From Raillietiella orientalis (Eukaryota), in NCBI GenBank assembly GCA_036172245.1, contig JAYWIR010000019.1, forward strand, positions 1,302,001-1,366,000: a stretch of DNA of 64,000 nt, in the 5' to 3' direction. Below the pieces are notes generated by a model. That model worked only from the letters and a program-made list of their open reading frames with translations. It was not told where the DNA came from and searched no databases. Positions 1 to 14,049 of the stretch are shown piece after piece (position 1 is the stretch's first letter; each line of letters opens with the position of its first letter). The position numbers and the translations under genes are program-made.

Positions 1-1300
1 TGCTGTACGATGCAGGGGGGCTCGGAACCCAGTCGGTATTTCGCGTTACAGGGACGGAGAGTACTTTCCGTTTCCACGGCAGGGAGTGGCACAGCGCACT
101 TCCGAGGGGTGCACTGTGCCACTGTTCCCAGAACCGAGACAACGAGCCGCGACTAAGGGCGAGCTGGTATCACTCTATTCCGAGGTTCGCTTGCGCTAAA
201 GGCCCGTCTTTTTCTTTTTTTCTAGCCTGACCCACCCCCCTGTGGCTTTGCACGGCCTTTACGACCAGCCTGCATGAACGACCCGCTGGAGGAAAAAAAT
301 TCTTCTTGATGAGAAGTCTGCTTTGTAGTGGAACGTCTGGCCATGCATGCCCTTCAATCAGGGCACACCATCTAAAATTTATCTCAGTTTAAAAACCCAT
401 CAGCGCAGCTCGCTTTGCCTGATTCTCTGAAGCCGCTGGAGGTTTGCCCACGGTTTCGATCCTGTAGGTCGCATCGCACATGTTAATAAACTGTTGCATG
501 AGCCTGAACAAATGACATTCTGTTGCGCTCGCGCGCGCGTACGTGCGCGCGTGCTCCATTAAGCCATTGCTGACTGCAGTCATCGTTCCGAGCGCGTTAG
601 CAAAGAAGAGGACATGAAAGCTCCGAAAGATTTTATTTCTTTCAGTCGCGAGAGACGGGGTCAGCCGATCGACACGGCGCATGGTGTCGCTCAACCGCCG
701 AAGTCGGCATTGAGCCAAAGGCATGGTGGCAGAGCGTGATCGCTTTCAAGGGGGTCGTTTCTTTAAAGTGGAAAAGCAGTTCTTGCTAAGTGAGGAACGC
801 TTGGGAGGCAGTGCTGAGATCCCTGGTGGTCAGAGCTTCTCCCGAAATCTGCGGAACGACTGGTTGCCACGCTTTTTGGAACGAGGGTCAAAGAACTCAC
901 GAATGCGAACCCTACGAGACGTCCGACTGGCGAAGCGCTTCGACAACGCTGTTCCCACAGCCCCTGAACGAAAAAAGTCCGGAGCGTAGGACGGCTGGAC
1001 CACGCCCACTGCAAGGCAAACTTGATCACTTGGATCCCTGGCGCATAATAGCGAACGGGAAGCTCTGAGTAAACCCTGACTTCCTGGGATGGGAGTCTGC
1101 TGAAAAAAAATGCCCCAAGGGGGAAAGAGTTCATGCCTTCACTTGTAGCCAATGGATTGCCACTTTCCAGCTTCTGTCAAGTCCTTCCTTGCTGCAGCAG
1201 ACTCCGAATCTTCCCCAAGAAGTGGCAGCTCTTTGCTCGCCTGCGCTGCAAACGGATGGGTCTAACTTAATTCACCTGATTCAATTTGACAGCAGCCGAG
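1..1300 (-). mobile_element. Decayed hAT DNA transposase, C-terminal two-thirds (runs off the window start)
   Basis: Minus-strand motifs appear in hAT order: LPLLGED (post-CxxH), a GT-AG intron at 1100-1142, PVRYYA...RPTLRTFFVQGLWEQ (TRF...LRxMF.S.EW-like), LSDTMRRVDRLTPSL (PLxxLRxVD-like), and FWEQW...RKVLSVPVT (dimerization domain) at ~140-40. Read by eye across frameshifts. Confidence 0.6.
85..123. repeat. 15-bp inverted repeat (14/15) with a 9-nt loop
   Basis: agtggcacagcgcac (85-99) and gtgcactgtgccact (109-123). Confidence 0.9.
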
Positions 1301-2399
1301 AGGACGATGGACTTTCAGAGGCTCAAGGCGCTTTTCGTGGGTTCCTGCGTGTTTGTAAATAAGGAGAGAGGAGAACCACGGAGCGAGCGAGCGAGCGAGC
1401 GTCTTCGGAGAGGCGCTGAGACGCTGTGAAGGTAAACAGGAAAAACATTATCGTGCGCGAGGGAGCACGAGTGGCCGCGACCGGCCCCCTCATTTCCAGT
1501 GTCCCCTCCTCCGTTTCCGTGGGCAGCCGACTATCCAAAGACCTCTGCGAAACTACGGGACGCTTCGGAAGTGAAAACTGACGTCACGACGGAGGGGGTG
1601 CATTCACACTCCCCACGGGTCCAGACACTCTGTTCCGAACGGGGAGCGAAGAGGTCCCGGCAAGACGGAAGAACGGAACGTTCCAAATCACTGCATCACC
1701 ACGGGCTCACAGCCTCCTCCCCGTGCTGAGGCAGATGCTGTGAATCGACGGAAGCCAAAACGCGAAACGCCACTAAAGAGAATGCCACGTGATGAGGGAA
1801 CACCAGTGGGAGCGCACACATGGAGAAGGTCCTTCGCACAGTGCAGCCTCAAAGTGAAAGGAAGACATTGCTCCTTCGGGGGGCTTCCCGTTCTGGATGC
1901 AGTTTCCGGAGAGAGGCTGGCTTCTCCGTTTCTCGTGATGGGGGCCGCAAAGGGATCTCTCGTATGGGTGCGCTGTCACGGTCGAAACGTCTACAAGTAG
2001 GGGGAAGTCGCATCCGCCAGTAGGACGAGCGGCTCAAGCAAAGGCAGGGTCAGCACACTCGTCCCCCAGCTAGAGGGCAGTCCGTGTTTCACGGCGTCCT
2101 ATCTAGATGGTCGGGGAGGATTTCCGGCGCAGCTTCACGATGGATAGCACGCGATCCGCAAATGCCATGAGCGACACGCATCTCTAGGTGTTCGTCAGAT
2201 GCTCGTAAGGCATCGATCGTCCGAAGAAGCTGAATCTTCCGGTGGCCATGTCAGGCGGAGGCAGCACGTTTCCAGCAGCAACTGCCGTTCTCGGTTTCCA
2301 GAGAACGCGTGCGTCCACCGGGGAGGGTCGGCCGTTACCACGGACCCTGACGAGATTGCTGGAAGAAACGAGGAAAGGGAAGAGAAACGGCCGAAGGCG

Positions 2400-5300
2400 A
2401 AATGGTCAGTGAGACCGGTCCTTTGGCGAGGCACCTAGCTCGCGCATCATGTGGTCCGGCAGAACATCCGGCAGTTCAGGGGAGCATTCCATCAAACATC
2501 ATGTTCCCGTTCATCGTCCCTCTCTGACCACGCTTTGCCCAGGGGCATTCTCAGGGGACAACCTTCTGAGAGACGGATTGCCCGGGATTGTCATATCACA
2601 AGTTCACAAGGATCGCCCAATTCTAACCATCCCGGATGGAATCGTTGCCCGGAAGATGACGTGAAAGGGAACCGTGCGCAACGATGCTGACGTGGGTCTT
2701 GGAGGTCCGTGTGGCCAAGCACCGCCGCAACCGTCCACGGCTGATCCGTGGACGAAGCGGATTGCAAGGAAGCAGAGGTCATGCCAGCACTGTGGAGGGT
2801 TCGCGTAAAGACTGTAGAAAGAAGGGGAACTTCCATCCTTTCCGACGCCACGAAAGGAGGCGAATCACCGTTCTTCATCGCCACCGACTGCTACGTCTTC
2901 CGCGAGTACCTGTTGGTCTCTGCCTGCTCGAGACAGGCGTTTGGCGCCAGGCGGAGGTGTCGAAATGAATGGGAAACACTAGTTTGTCGTGGTGTCGCCT
3001 CCGGAAGCTCTCGGAGGAAAGATGGCTCACTGGACACGGAACCTGAGGTTCTCACTCGCAATGGGAAATGGAGATGCGCCAAGGGAGGGAAGGGAGAGGA
3101 AGCAGGACTACCAACGGCGCTGTTTCCGTTTTCGTTTCTTGCATCCTGTGTGCGTTCCTCTCTCTCCCTCTTTGCTTCTCTCCTCCTTCCCCTCCCCCTC
3201 TCTCCTCGAGAGGACTGTTTACGTGCTGCTGTTTACGTGCGGATGACGTCACCTCGCATCGCAGCGAGGGAATCCAGGTTTTCTCGAAGCGGCCTTTTTC
3301 CCACCTCCCGCTGAGAGTCAGGAACGGGGGGGGGGGGATTGAACGCACAGGGATATTATCTTCCCGGAAAAGACCCGAAGAGCGGAATTCCCGCTTCCCC
3401 TCAAACAGGTAGAGGCATAATTTCGTTCTTTTTTTTCGGGGATGCTGCACGCTGATCTGCGCTGGCCCTGCAGTGGTGAAGACTGCACCAAATCGCTCGT
3501 CGCGGCGGTGCGCTCCGGCACAAAGCGCTCCTCTTCGAGGGCAGGGAGAGGGGAAAGAGGAGGGGGTACAAAGAGGATGCACGCCGCGTCCGTGCACACT
3601 CGCGTGCGCTCCATTCCTAAGCCGCGCGTCTCATCCCGATCCGATCGATCCCTCGGACACGAAGGGAGGTGAATTTATCGCACGCGTCCCGTATGTAATG
3701 CGGCAGGACCGACTGGGAATTCTGAGGGGCCGCGTCTTATTTATTTTCCGAGAGTCGTCGGTGCGAGCGAGCGCGCGCGAGTGGAGGGGAGCGAGCGAGG
3801 TGCCGGAGAGCACACGACGCGCGCGCTCCCGGAGCAGCCCCTGACGGATCCCTCGCTTCGGCGCGCGGGCTGCTCAGCGCCTTCGTTTCCGGACGGGAAC
3901 TATTGCCCCGACCGTGATCGAGGGCTCCTGTTCCGGCCGCGCTGCACTACGAGAGGGATTTCGGGCAGGCGGACGCCGGGGGGACGCTGGCGGAGGGCGG
4001 CACTGAAGAGCTCACCGTGCCGGGTGCCCGCCGCCGGACGCAGAGGGAAAGCGCGGAGGAGAGGCAGATGGGCATGGGGTGCGTTCTGGGACGCCACCAT
4101 TGCCATGTCAACTTGCACGCTCCGAAGTCGAACCACCACCTCCAGTATTACGAATCCACGGAGGAGAAGAAGAAGAAGGAAAGGCGGTATTGGCGGGCAT
4201 TGGCGCTGACCTCTCCTTCCGGACTGCATCCTCGGGCAGCAGCTTCAAGCGGTGGTAACAAGCGCTGCTTCCCCAGTCGTCGCTCCCTCTCCTTCCGGAG
4301 TTTCCCTTGGACGCTGTTCGGGACAGATGCGGACCCGTCGCCCACTGCCGGCAGGGTCGGTAGCTGCCGTCTGCCTTGGTGGAGCAAGAGCGCGCCCGCC
4401 GAGCCGCCATTGCTTTGCTGTCCCGCTCCCGCGAGGGCTCCCTTCAGTGGCCGCGGCGATGACGAGTGCTGCGTGTTTTCCGCCTCGTCCGCTTGCGTGA
4501 AATTCTCGAGGTGCGCGCGTGGCTGCTCACTCGGTCTCTACGTGGATGCTTATTCCCCGGGAAAGAGTGCTTTTCCGCTTGGTCGAGAGCCTTTTGCTGG
4601 TTTAGCCATCCGGAAAGAAGGGGAGGGCGGAGCAAGGAGTCCTAAGTCCCCCCTCGCAAGCTTCTTGCACGCGAGCGCAAGAGGAGGATTCGTTCGTTCT
4701 CGGGAGATCATGTCATCCCTGTCTCCCGATGGGCAATCGGGATCCCTCCGCCCAGCCGGCTGGACGACTGAGATGACCCGAGGTCCTGCCGCCAGTTCTC
4801 TCGAAGGCATGAGCGTGGGTCCCCAGCGCAGAAGCGTTTCCGGAAAAGGGATTCCCACAGTCCCGGTGGGGCGCGCGTGGGGCGGCCGTCGGGTCCTTCC
4901 AATTGGCAAGGAAAAGATAGTCCTCTTTGTGAAGAAAGCCTGGAGCACGGAGAGAATTCCTTCACTACTGTGGACCCGCGCTTAGCTGGGCCGCCTCCCC
5001 ACCGCGCAATCTTTCCGATGGAACCCTCTCTTCCCGACTCCGTTTGGACAGCATGCAGGCAACGCTCCCCCCTCCTCCCCCTTTCCCGGAACAAGCAGTT
5101 TGAAGACTGAGCGGCTGCGGTCTCCGCGCGTTGCATCCGGAGTAGTGTTTTCGAGTCCCACCAGGGGAAGAATCGACGCCGAGGGAAGGGTGAGCCGTGA
5201 GCTCGAGTTACCCCGCAAGATGACACTGGTTTGACTGAAATCCGTATGCGGCGCTGGTGGACACTGAAAAACCGGATGCCCCCTCATACCCCCATAAGTG

Positions 5301-6600
5301 ACTGAGATCGGAAGTTGACCCCTCGGGGCACCCCTCCGGCTGCGAAAATGGAGCCTACCCTCCTTCAGGGGACTCCATCTCGCACCACGGAGCTGGTCGA
5401 TGCCACCCTTAGAAGGTTGCCCTTTCAGAGCAAGAAAGGGGCTCTCTGCTTCCTTTCAGGTTCCTTTAAGGGGTTCCCTCCGGAGAACGAAATTCCAGGA
5501 GGAGTTGATCCTTTCCGAGTTCCCCTTTGGAGAAGAAACGATGGAGCGGTCCCCTCCGGAAGTGAGCGAGGGAATGAGAAAGAAGAAGAATCTCTTGGGG
5601 ATTCCTTTCGGAGGCAACCAAGGTCTAGGGTTCCTCCCGAAACATGAGAGGGAATGGAGTCCTTCCTGGATTCGTCGGGCACCCCCGGGCGGCGTGGAGC
5701 AGCGTCAAAGAGCTTCGTGAGCCGCCGGACGGACGGCATTCTTGAGGTACCTGGCGAACCAATGCAACAAGGAAACAGCCAGTTCCTCTGCAAAGAATTG
5801 TAGATGATGATAGGGACGGGCAAGGATGTGCAGCTCACTAACTCCAGGAAGGCGCTTAGAGGATCGCACCGTGTCACCCTAAGCGAGAAGAGAATGGGGA
5901 ACACGTGGAGCTGGTAGGGACGGATGTTCGCTGGAACGGAATCGGGACAGGGAAGCAGCAGTGAAAAGGGTTCCTATGGAAACGCGAAGGGGGATAGTGT
6001 GAGACGCGTCGCAAGATCCGGAAACACGGGTGCTGAGTCGCGGCGGTGGGTTCTCTGTGCCTTCGGGCCGGAAGGTCTGAGGCAGCGGAAGTACCCGCGT
6101 ACGAGGGGTTTCGCTTGCGCACCCGATCCGCTTCCTGCCTGCCCGCCGCTCTCACCACAGGAAGGTTCCTTACACCCCCAGATGCAACCAGCGGCAGCGC
6201 GCCACAGTTACGGTGAACAGGACAGGTAGAATCCGAGATGTTTTGCTTCCTTAGACCCCCCACCCACCCCTCCCCCATCGCACAGTCGCGCGGGGAAAGG
6301 ACTGCCTCGTTTTCGGAGGCGGCGGACACTTTCGATTTCATCTCCGTCGATGCTTTCGGGGAATCTTCCAGGAGTCCCATCGGAAGCGCAGGCGCGTCCT
6401 CTCCCTTCGTCATCCGACGGTTTCACGCAAGGTCTCGTACCGTGTTCCCTTCCTGCTGGCTCTCGGAGGGCCTCCTTCGATGGTAGGTTTCCCTGCGGGA
6501 TCGAATCAGCATTGGGAACATCCCTGTCCTCCTCTTCCCCCTCCCCCTTCTCCCTCCCCCTGACAGCAACACACGAATAGTTCGGGGAGGGTAAACACTG
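2400..6600 (+). mobile_element. Decayed L1/Tx1-type LINE: ORF1 relic, APE endonuclease, RT
   Basis: ORF1 knuckle relic DCYVFREYLLVSACS (~2885-2930). EN relics VNLHAP (~4105), GIGADL and PFSGR. RT relics GFLPKH..WIRRAPP (~5630), SRKALRGSH (~5845) and VTVNRT (~6210); the nucleotide ggtgaacaggac is identical to the RT motif at ~59620. May extend to ~7560. Confidence 0.6.
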
Positions 6601-7699
6601 AATATTTAAATCCCTCAATGCAATTAACGAGGCGGAAAGGGGGAGGGGGAGTTATTCCCTGTTTCCCCGATAAAAAACAAGAAAAAAAAAACAGAGATCA
6701 CACAAGGCAGCTCTTTCCCTGAGCGTCCGGAGACGCCGAAATCTGGCACTCGTCTTCCTACCGTGCCCTCCCGAACCGCCTGCGTTGATGGACAGGGAGG
6801 AAACGAATTATTTAGGATCCGATCTCCCTTGATAACTCCGGGATAAACTCATTTAACACATTCCTGCCAATCATGCGGTTCCTCCTCTTCAGTCTGTCCC
6901 TCCCTGAAGGAGCCTCTCCAGTCAGCGGATTTCCAGGGAGAACTCCCATAAAAACGAAGAACCCTTCCGCTCCGCGGCACGGAAGGAGGGAAGAGTTGTC
7001 AGGAGAGAAGAGGAGCTGCTGCTCTGGAGAGCATGCCGAGTAGCTCCTCTTGAGGAAGGACCCGTAACCAACCGCAGCAGCTCGGGAGACGTGGCACGTT
7101 CCGGTCGGACCCAGGGAGCGCCAAGGATGCCCGGAAGATTGCGGGAGTCGTCCGGAAGGAAAGAGATGCGCGGCGCTCCTCCTCGCTTGCGCGGGGCGCC
7201 GCTGACGAACGGCGCCGTGTCGGAAGGGCAGCGAGCAGCTGCTTGCTTCCCGAGATCGCCGCCTTCGTCCGCGGTTTCTGATAGGTGTCCTCAGCGCCCG
7301 CCGGCCTCGGCCGCCCCTGGGCGAGAGAGGTTCCCGCCGACGGCGACCGAATGGCTCCACCCCTGGCCTCACTCTCCTGCGAGCACAGGGCGCCTGCCTT
7401 TCCGGAACTTCCTGCACAAATGCTCGCGCGTCCTTCGTCTCCATCGAGTCTTTCCGGGCGGTCGGTCCGTTCCGAGTGGAGGCTGTCTGCCGCGGAAACT
7501 CACGCTCTTTCGTTTCTGGATACTGATTAAAAAATCTGCCCTCCCATCTCTATTAATCTTCTTTGGTTCCATCCTGGATGCACACCATCCTTCCGCATGA
7601 GGAGCTGAACAAACAAATTGCTCTCAGATCGCACGATCGGCGGCCTAGGAAGGCGGGACCGCCGCCCCGCTTCCGGGACCGGCAAGGAGCGCCAGCGTT

Positions 7700-10420
7700 T
7701 GCGCGCGGTGAGGAAAGCGATTTTTATTGAGGGAAGGAGAGTCCCATGAGGAAAGTTTTCCTAGCTGTTGCGTGGAAACTCCACAGAGGAAGCGGGAAGA
7801 TGGGGGGGAAAAAAATTCCTCCCGGGATGCCCGGAAAAGTAGGAAGAAAAGAACGGGTCTCGGATTCGGTCGATGAACGCGCACAATGGGTCATCTCGCC
7901 GCAACGAACCAGCTGGCGCTCATGGCGGCGGGTAATCTGAACCGAACGATGGAGGGAGGATTGTGGACCAGGAGGAGCTTCGAAGGCTGCCGCGAAGACG
8001 GTCTCGCACGGGAGCATGCGGACTCGAGGGCAGCCCTTAAAGAAGCGCACCCTTTCGATTGGACTCTGGTGGACTTCTCCGCATCCCGTCAGTTCCGCAC
8101 ATGGTGGCGGCGGGAACGCGTCCGTGAGGTGCGAGCGCCACGGATCGCGGTCTCATCTTCCGCTCAAGGGGAGCCACGCCCGCGACCCGCAGCAAGCCCG
8201 GGAATCTTCGCCGCCCGCAGCTCGAGCCTGAGGGCTAGATCTGTCCGAGGAACGCTCTGGCAATCCGCGGGGCAGAGCTGCGGAGACGCGACGAAACCGC
8301 GTGCCACAGCTCTTCCCGATCGGCGGGAACAGGGCGGAATTTGCGGCCAAAGCACGTCCGGAATACAGAAGCAGAGTCCGCGCAGGCAGAGACACCCGCG
8401 CTGTGCGGCTAAGTTGGCCTCTGCCTGCATCGGGAGCGAGCCGCGCGGGGTCAGGTCAAACGACCAGGCACTCTAGGATGGTGGAAAGGACCGCATAATG
8501 ATTCCGAAGAATCGTTGGGACCCCTCGTCGTTTCTCTGCTCCTATGCAGTGTGGCAACAGATGCGCGCCAACGGAGGAAGAGGAGGAACGTTTCCGAGGA
8601 TGCAGTGAAAGTGGTCGACTCTGCCAAGAGGGACGCGCGAATTGCTCGAAAACCCTTTCCTCCCACTCCACGCGCATCTGCAGTGCTTCCAGCACGTGAT
8701 GGGCCGTGTCTTGGATATCTCGCAGCTTCCAGCGGGAAGCGAACTCTTCTCCGACGAAGATCCGCCGCATCTTCGGCAAGAGCCCTCGCCCTCCGCGATA
8801 ACGAAACTCATGCGTTCCTCCAGAGTACTCAGCGGTTCGTTGGCTGTTATTTTTATTTAATTTTCGAAGATCCGATGCGCCAAAAAGATCTCAGAGCGGC
8901 ATTTTCAAGAGCACTACGAAAGCAACGGCCTCTGTGCCCACGCCTCGAGCTGGGCATCGGCAGACAAGCAGGAAAGCAAAAGGAGTCAAGTGCTGTGTCT
9001 TCCTCACTTGCAGTCGGTACTCTTGCGGACTGTCCAAAACGCGGAGCATCTGCGTGCATGATCTCATTACACGAGCTGGCGCGGAAACAACGCGTTCCGC
9101 GACGTTCACTTTCCGTTTCGCCATCCGTCTGCGCACTTCTGGGGATCCACCCCAGACTTGCCGCCTCGTTGGCGGGGTTATCAATCCAAACGCGATGAGC
9201 GACCGCGGAATGCTCTTGAGCATGCCATCGTTCCTTCCGTGGATCATCATCGCTTGCTCAAAATGCTCAGAGGCATTCGCCGCTGCACTTTTTCTGTTTT
9301 TGGGCTCCTGGGCATGGTGAGCACGCGGACTCACCTCGGAAGTGAAAGAACAGACAATCCGAAAGCTTTCTTGATTCGTAGCAGGCGCACTCCCTAGAAG
9401 CGACTCCCATCGACTTCAAAAGTTCGACCAGCGCTGGTGAGGCCGTCTGTCTCCTGCTGGAGAAGGGCGGCAGTGTAAGGAGGGCAGAAACTGCATGCCA
9501 TGCACAGATCCCAGGTCGTCCTCCGCGCCTCCTACTAAATCACCAACGTGACCGATGCACTGACGGGTAGATGGAAACGAGATGAAGCTGCATCTTTGCC
9601 CCGAGTGACCTTAGCAGAAGCGCGAGGCGCACGACACTCTGCCTGAGTCTGCCTAAGAGTTTGTGATCACAAGATGGATTGCATGTAGCTAATCTTTCAG
9701 GAAGCTGGAACACTGGGACAGCAGGGTTACCACCAAGAGTTTGTGAACAGAAATAGAAGATGAGGGTTCGAGAAAAGACGGGAGGCATTTCGTCTGCCAA
9801 GTCAGTCCTCTGTGTTTTCTCTTTTCCCTTGGGTTGCTGTGGATACGACTTCGTCCATGGAATGCAAACCGCACTCGTGAAGGGTTCCATCTAAGGTCAC
9901 TCACCGTGCCCGCAAATCCTAAAGGTCTCAAGGAAGCACGGTAGGGCCATCGGATCAAGAGATAGCGGAAGACCCTTTTGATCGCTCTCATTGTGTCAGT
10001 TTCACGGTGACCTTCCATAACGACCATTGCGGCGTTTTTGTGATTGCAGTTTCTGGTCCGTAACACCACGCAGCACCTTTGGCCTGCAATCACGGAAGCT
10101 GCTCTGTTGCGACACGCAGGCGCAGTTGCCAACTCGCCTCGTTGCGGAACACTGAAATGCGCGACGTAAACAACGCACGTGAACGCGCACGCGAACATCC
10201 GCGGTGGGAGCACGGGACAGACCTCGTACAAGTGCGCATTCCAACAACCGTATGTGCCCATCTATATGCGTTCGTACATCTAAAATTTCCATGCGGAACA
10301 CGAAGTACGTTTTGGATGAGCAAAACTGCGCGTTACTTGCGTCACACGCGCGAAAGGTTTCCCATGCTTTTTGCAATTCCTGAAGAAGAACGGCCAAACG
10401 CCATGCAGGAGACAGGCACC
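7700..10420 (-). mobile_element. Decayed, near full-length hAT transposase (BED finger, DUF659-like core, dimerization domain)
   Basis: Minus-strand order: AWETF..C..DVRTHIDG (BED-like, ~10370-10250), LIFYF..CNPSCDHKLL, HGMQFLPSLH (~9500), IP.VAH.LD (~9200, frameshifted CxxH), intron 8950-9007, KMRRIFVGEEFASRW (~8770), PCETVFAAAFE (~8000). Confidence 0.6.
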
Positions 10421-10749
10421 TGGAATCCCGAAGATAACGGTGAATCGCGGAGGATTGGTGAAGTAAGGAGTGGTGAGGTTTGGAGGAGAGGATGCCGTCA
10501 CCCCTTCAGTTGGAAAGGCCGTAAGCACACACGGAGCACGTACGGCTGCCATCTTCTCGCGTCGGCTGCCCGCAGCGAGTCGTATCCTAAGCGATCAGGT
10601 GAATTCGGGCACAAGGCCGCTCGGGATTTCTCACCCGCCAAGGCACTCGGAAGGATGCTGGATCTGTCTCGAGACCCGCTGGCATAACACGGCACTCTGA
10701 TTGGCCTTCTCGAAAGCGGATGGGGAGTCTCCCCCCCCCTCCCTTCCCA

Positions 10750-12100
10750 TCGATCTGTGACGGGACTGGCTTCTGAATCACGTCGTGAACTTTTGGACAG
10801 GAGAGCGCGTGCCTCCGAGGCAACGGGACTTTTGCCCTCTGTGGATTGCTCCGCACGTTGCAGGAAGCGAGATGCGGCTGTGGTGCCATCTCGGTGCTCA
10901 GGGAGTTGCGAGCGCAGCAGCACCAGGCGGCACGCAGGGAGCACAGGTGGAAGGCGGGACACGAGCCCTCCCGTGGACAAAGGGCAATCTGCACTTTGCG
11001 CCCCCCCAGTGGAATCGCGTGTGGCGACGGCTGCAAAACTCGGAGACGGAACGGATGACTCTGGGCGCGTACCTAATCTCAAACCTTGCTTCTGTGTTTA
11101 CGAAACAGAAGACCGGAAGAAGAAACTTCTCCATTGAACGGTCCTCTCAGACTTTGCAGGGGAAAGGGGGAAGAGGGGGGCGGTTCGGGGGGGGGGGAAT
11201 AAGCACACACGCATCAGCAAGATGATTAAACAATGGGAATCAAAGGAGGGTGCAAACGGCTCTTCGAAAAAAATTCACGCACCAGTCGTGTCGTTGAGGG
11301 AACTCACCTGCAAGACCAGTAAGTTGCCCCAAAGTCTCCACCGTCTCCACTGCAACGGGAAGCGGAGCTTTCCCGAGCTATCCTTTTTTCCCTATGGAAA
11401 TCAACAGGCTTCCCTGGATTCCAGTGGCAGTACACGTCACAACAGCAACCTTTCGCTTTATGAGGAATCGGTTTTCATAGTAGGAAACCGACATGCGCTG
11501 ATCGGGCGGAGGCATTCGTTTCAGGAGCAGTCGCTATGAAGCTGGGAACGATAGCAACCAGTTGCTCGCGCAAGGCTACGGAATGAGGACAGCACGCACT
11601 GGAGCTCTGAAAGGACCCAGGCGGCCGTCTTGAGTACGGGGGCGGAGCTGAGGGAGTAGTGAGCTTTGAGGTGGTCAGCGAGGTGGAATCGACCTCGTCG
11701 CTGAGGCATCAGCGGCTGAAAAATAGGACACCGGAGGTTCTCGGGAAAATTCTCGCGAATGTACCGAAAAAACCCCGAGGTCGATTTACCCTTCCTCCTC
11801 TTCTTTCTCTCTCTCTCTCTCCCCCCCTGCCCGTTGCCTCCCAGAGGCTTTCCGATCTCGCGCTTCCCAGCTCCAGTGGATTTTTCCCGGAGAAACGCCG
11901 GCAGGAAGACGGCTCCTGCTGTTCGTCCGACCGGCGACTCGCCCCATCTTCCGAGCATCCGCTCCCAGTCGAAGCCACCTTTCTTCCCGCTCCGCGTCCG
12001 CGACGATGTCTCCCTTCCCGACAAACTTGGAGAGGCGAGCTGAGAGGCGAAGATCTTCCCGCCGTCCCGTGCTCGGCTAGGGAAGCCATCTTCCATTAAT
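10750..12100 (+). mobile_element. L1-type APE endonuclease and linker fragment
   Basis: TLQEAR, AQGVAS, NLHFAPP..VWRRL, TLGAYL (GDFN-like), IHAPVVSL (SDH-like) and ARARLRNED occur in the expected order. Confidence 0.55.
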
Positions 12101-12574
12101 CTTCACTAGCATCCTCCGAATTCGCTTGTCTCCCATGATTGGTAAGAGATGAGATCTTTTAATTTTCTCCGAGACACCATCATAGCATTTTCTTCGTCAT
12201 TTTAATGAAACAAATCGTCAATGTCATCCACCCGATAAAGCTGACGGCCAGGAACACTCTCCCGCTGCCCAGATCATTCCGCGTTACTTTCGACTTTTCC
12301 GGTTTTTCTTTCCTCCTCTGTTCCTCCCTCTCTTCCTCCTCCTTTTCTATGTGTGTGTGCGTTTTTTCTCCTGCTCCTCCTCTTTTCGCGCTGTTCAGAC
12401 CGATTCGGAAGACATTGACATCCGCGCTGGGCGTTCACAGAGATCTGAGAATTTCATTTTCATTAAGGACTCTGTCAGCTGGAAGTGGACTTGATCCGGG
12501 GTTCCGAGTGATGCAGTGGAGTCCTCCGATTCCTGATGCTCCGAGCAGGTGAAGAACTGCGTGGTTCGTCCCTG

Positions 12575-12601
12575 TGCTGCTGCTGCTGCTGCTGCTGCTG
12601 C
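12575..12601. repeat. (TGC)9 microsatellite
   Basis: Directly visible. Confidence 0.95.
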
Positions 12602-13141
12602 AGCGAACATCCTTCTTCTACGAGTGCGCTCGCAAGAGCGGATGGAGTTTGTACAAGAACTGGGGGTTCCAGGAAAGGTAGGTCAGCAATTGCGATTTCT
12701 CTGTCTCCTTTGCTGATTTCTAGATACGGATGTTGCTAGGAACGTCCTCCGATGAATGCTCCGGAATGGTACCCGTTTCCGAATCGCCTTCCGAGCGAAA
12801 TGGCTCGGACGAACACGGGACGCTGCCTCTTCGCGACTCAATGCAAGCAGAAGAAGTTGGCTGCGATCTCCAATCCTTTCATTATCAGAGTGAAGAATCC
12901 TACGCCGCCCACACACTGCAGTTTTGTTTGCCCTTCTCCAGCATCAGCACGGCGTTTCCAGTCGATTTCCAAGCGCTTTCCCTCTACTGTTAGTACGGGC
13001 TGCAAAGGTTTCCGAGCGATTTGAGTCGGTCATCGCTTCAAGCACGCATGTGTTACGATTCGATCACCTGTTACTAGGAGACGCTTCCTGTTCCCCAATT
13101 CGCAATCGCAAGGCTCCTCAAAATGAGCCTCGAGTGTTTTC

Positions 13142-13860
13142 GACGGCCTTGTCGCCGACTACGCGCCCACCACCATCAGCAGGTGCTCACGGACGGCGCC
13201 CATCGCCTGCGCACACCAGGCAAGAAGACCTTCAACAGCAGGCAGTCAGCCACCACCACACGAGGATGACGCAGACGCGTGGAGAACCGAAGATCTCGAT
13301 CGAGAGGGTTGCCCCGGGAGCTGGCAGTCTCCAGCCCGGACTCTTCCGGCAGATGAGGCCCCTACACCGACCGAACAGGCGTAGCGCTTCAGGGTGGAGG
13401 AAAGGTTGCCATCCCGGGCGTCCCTTGCCCTTGCGTGCCGTCCAGCAAACGACCACGTGTTGAGGAAACGGAAAATTCCCCAGGGGATAGGCGGAGCTCG
13501 CACACACGTGGATGAAACACGCAGTGTTCGCGGGGACGCGCAACGGCAGACGTCAGACCGAGTCGCTCCCTCTGCAACGGAGGGCTTCCAAGAATCACGA
13601 GATGGAGCTGAAGAGAAGAAAGGCGCGAAGAAAGAGACGGTGGAACCCCCCCCTCGTCTGTCTGTCTTTCTGCACCTCCTCTTCAGGAGCAACACGACTG
13701 AGGAGACTTCAGGCGAGGTGGAGGCGGTGTGGACTGCGCATCCTGCGTGGAAGACCGAACCGGATGGCTGCGTTTTCGCAATCACCGGGAGAAAGCCCAA
13801 GGAGAACGGAAGTTTGAATTTTCTTCAGTTCTGACGCGGAAGCAGCAATTTGTGCACGTC
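13142..13860. repeat. Dispersed direct repeat, copy 1 of 3 (internal hAT segment)
   Basis: Near-identical to 34613-35218 and 43715-44440, with about ten differences over ~590 nt versus copy 2 by eye. Weaker similarity to copy 3 continues to ~13920. Confidence 0.97.
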
Positions 13861-14049
13861 GTTTTCTGAACGTCTCTGAGATTATTTACTGAAATCACTA
13901 TCATGGCAAAACATCTCTCAACTCTTTGCTGCTGGGGTTCCGGGAGTAGTAACGGAGGATCTCCAAGAATTACAGGAAGAGTTGAAAAGAAGAGACAAGC
14001 AAAAGGAGACGCTGGAAACTTGCCGATTCATGTGTAGAAATTCGCTTTT

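Larger units (their letters stand above)
12380..13920 (-). mobile_element. Decayed hAT transposase containing shared-core copy 1
   Basis: VRTEENSN..VFHAGCAVH (TDN and CxxH-like), intron 13608-13675, LPAPGATLS and LLLKVFLPG..W. Outside the shared core: LEAMTDSNRSETF, GLEIAANFF, and SLGTP..KFS..RPARMS (dimerization-like). Confidence 0.6.

Noticed and set aside
4017..4985. Longest ORF (322 aa) as a functional gene
   Set aside because: It is a frameshifted mosaic over an L1 endonuclease relic. Long open frames are expected at this GC content.
7960..8050. Plus-strand hAT dimerization reading (ASKAAAKTVS)
   Set aside because: The minus-strand reading (CETVFAAAFE) is colinear with all upstream hAT motifs.
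12575..12601. PolyQ or polyAla host protein exon
   Set aside because: It is a microsatellite inside a hAT relic with no supporting gene structure.
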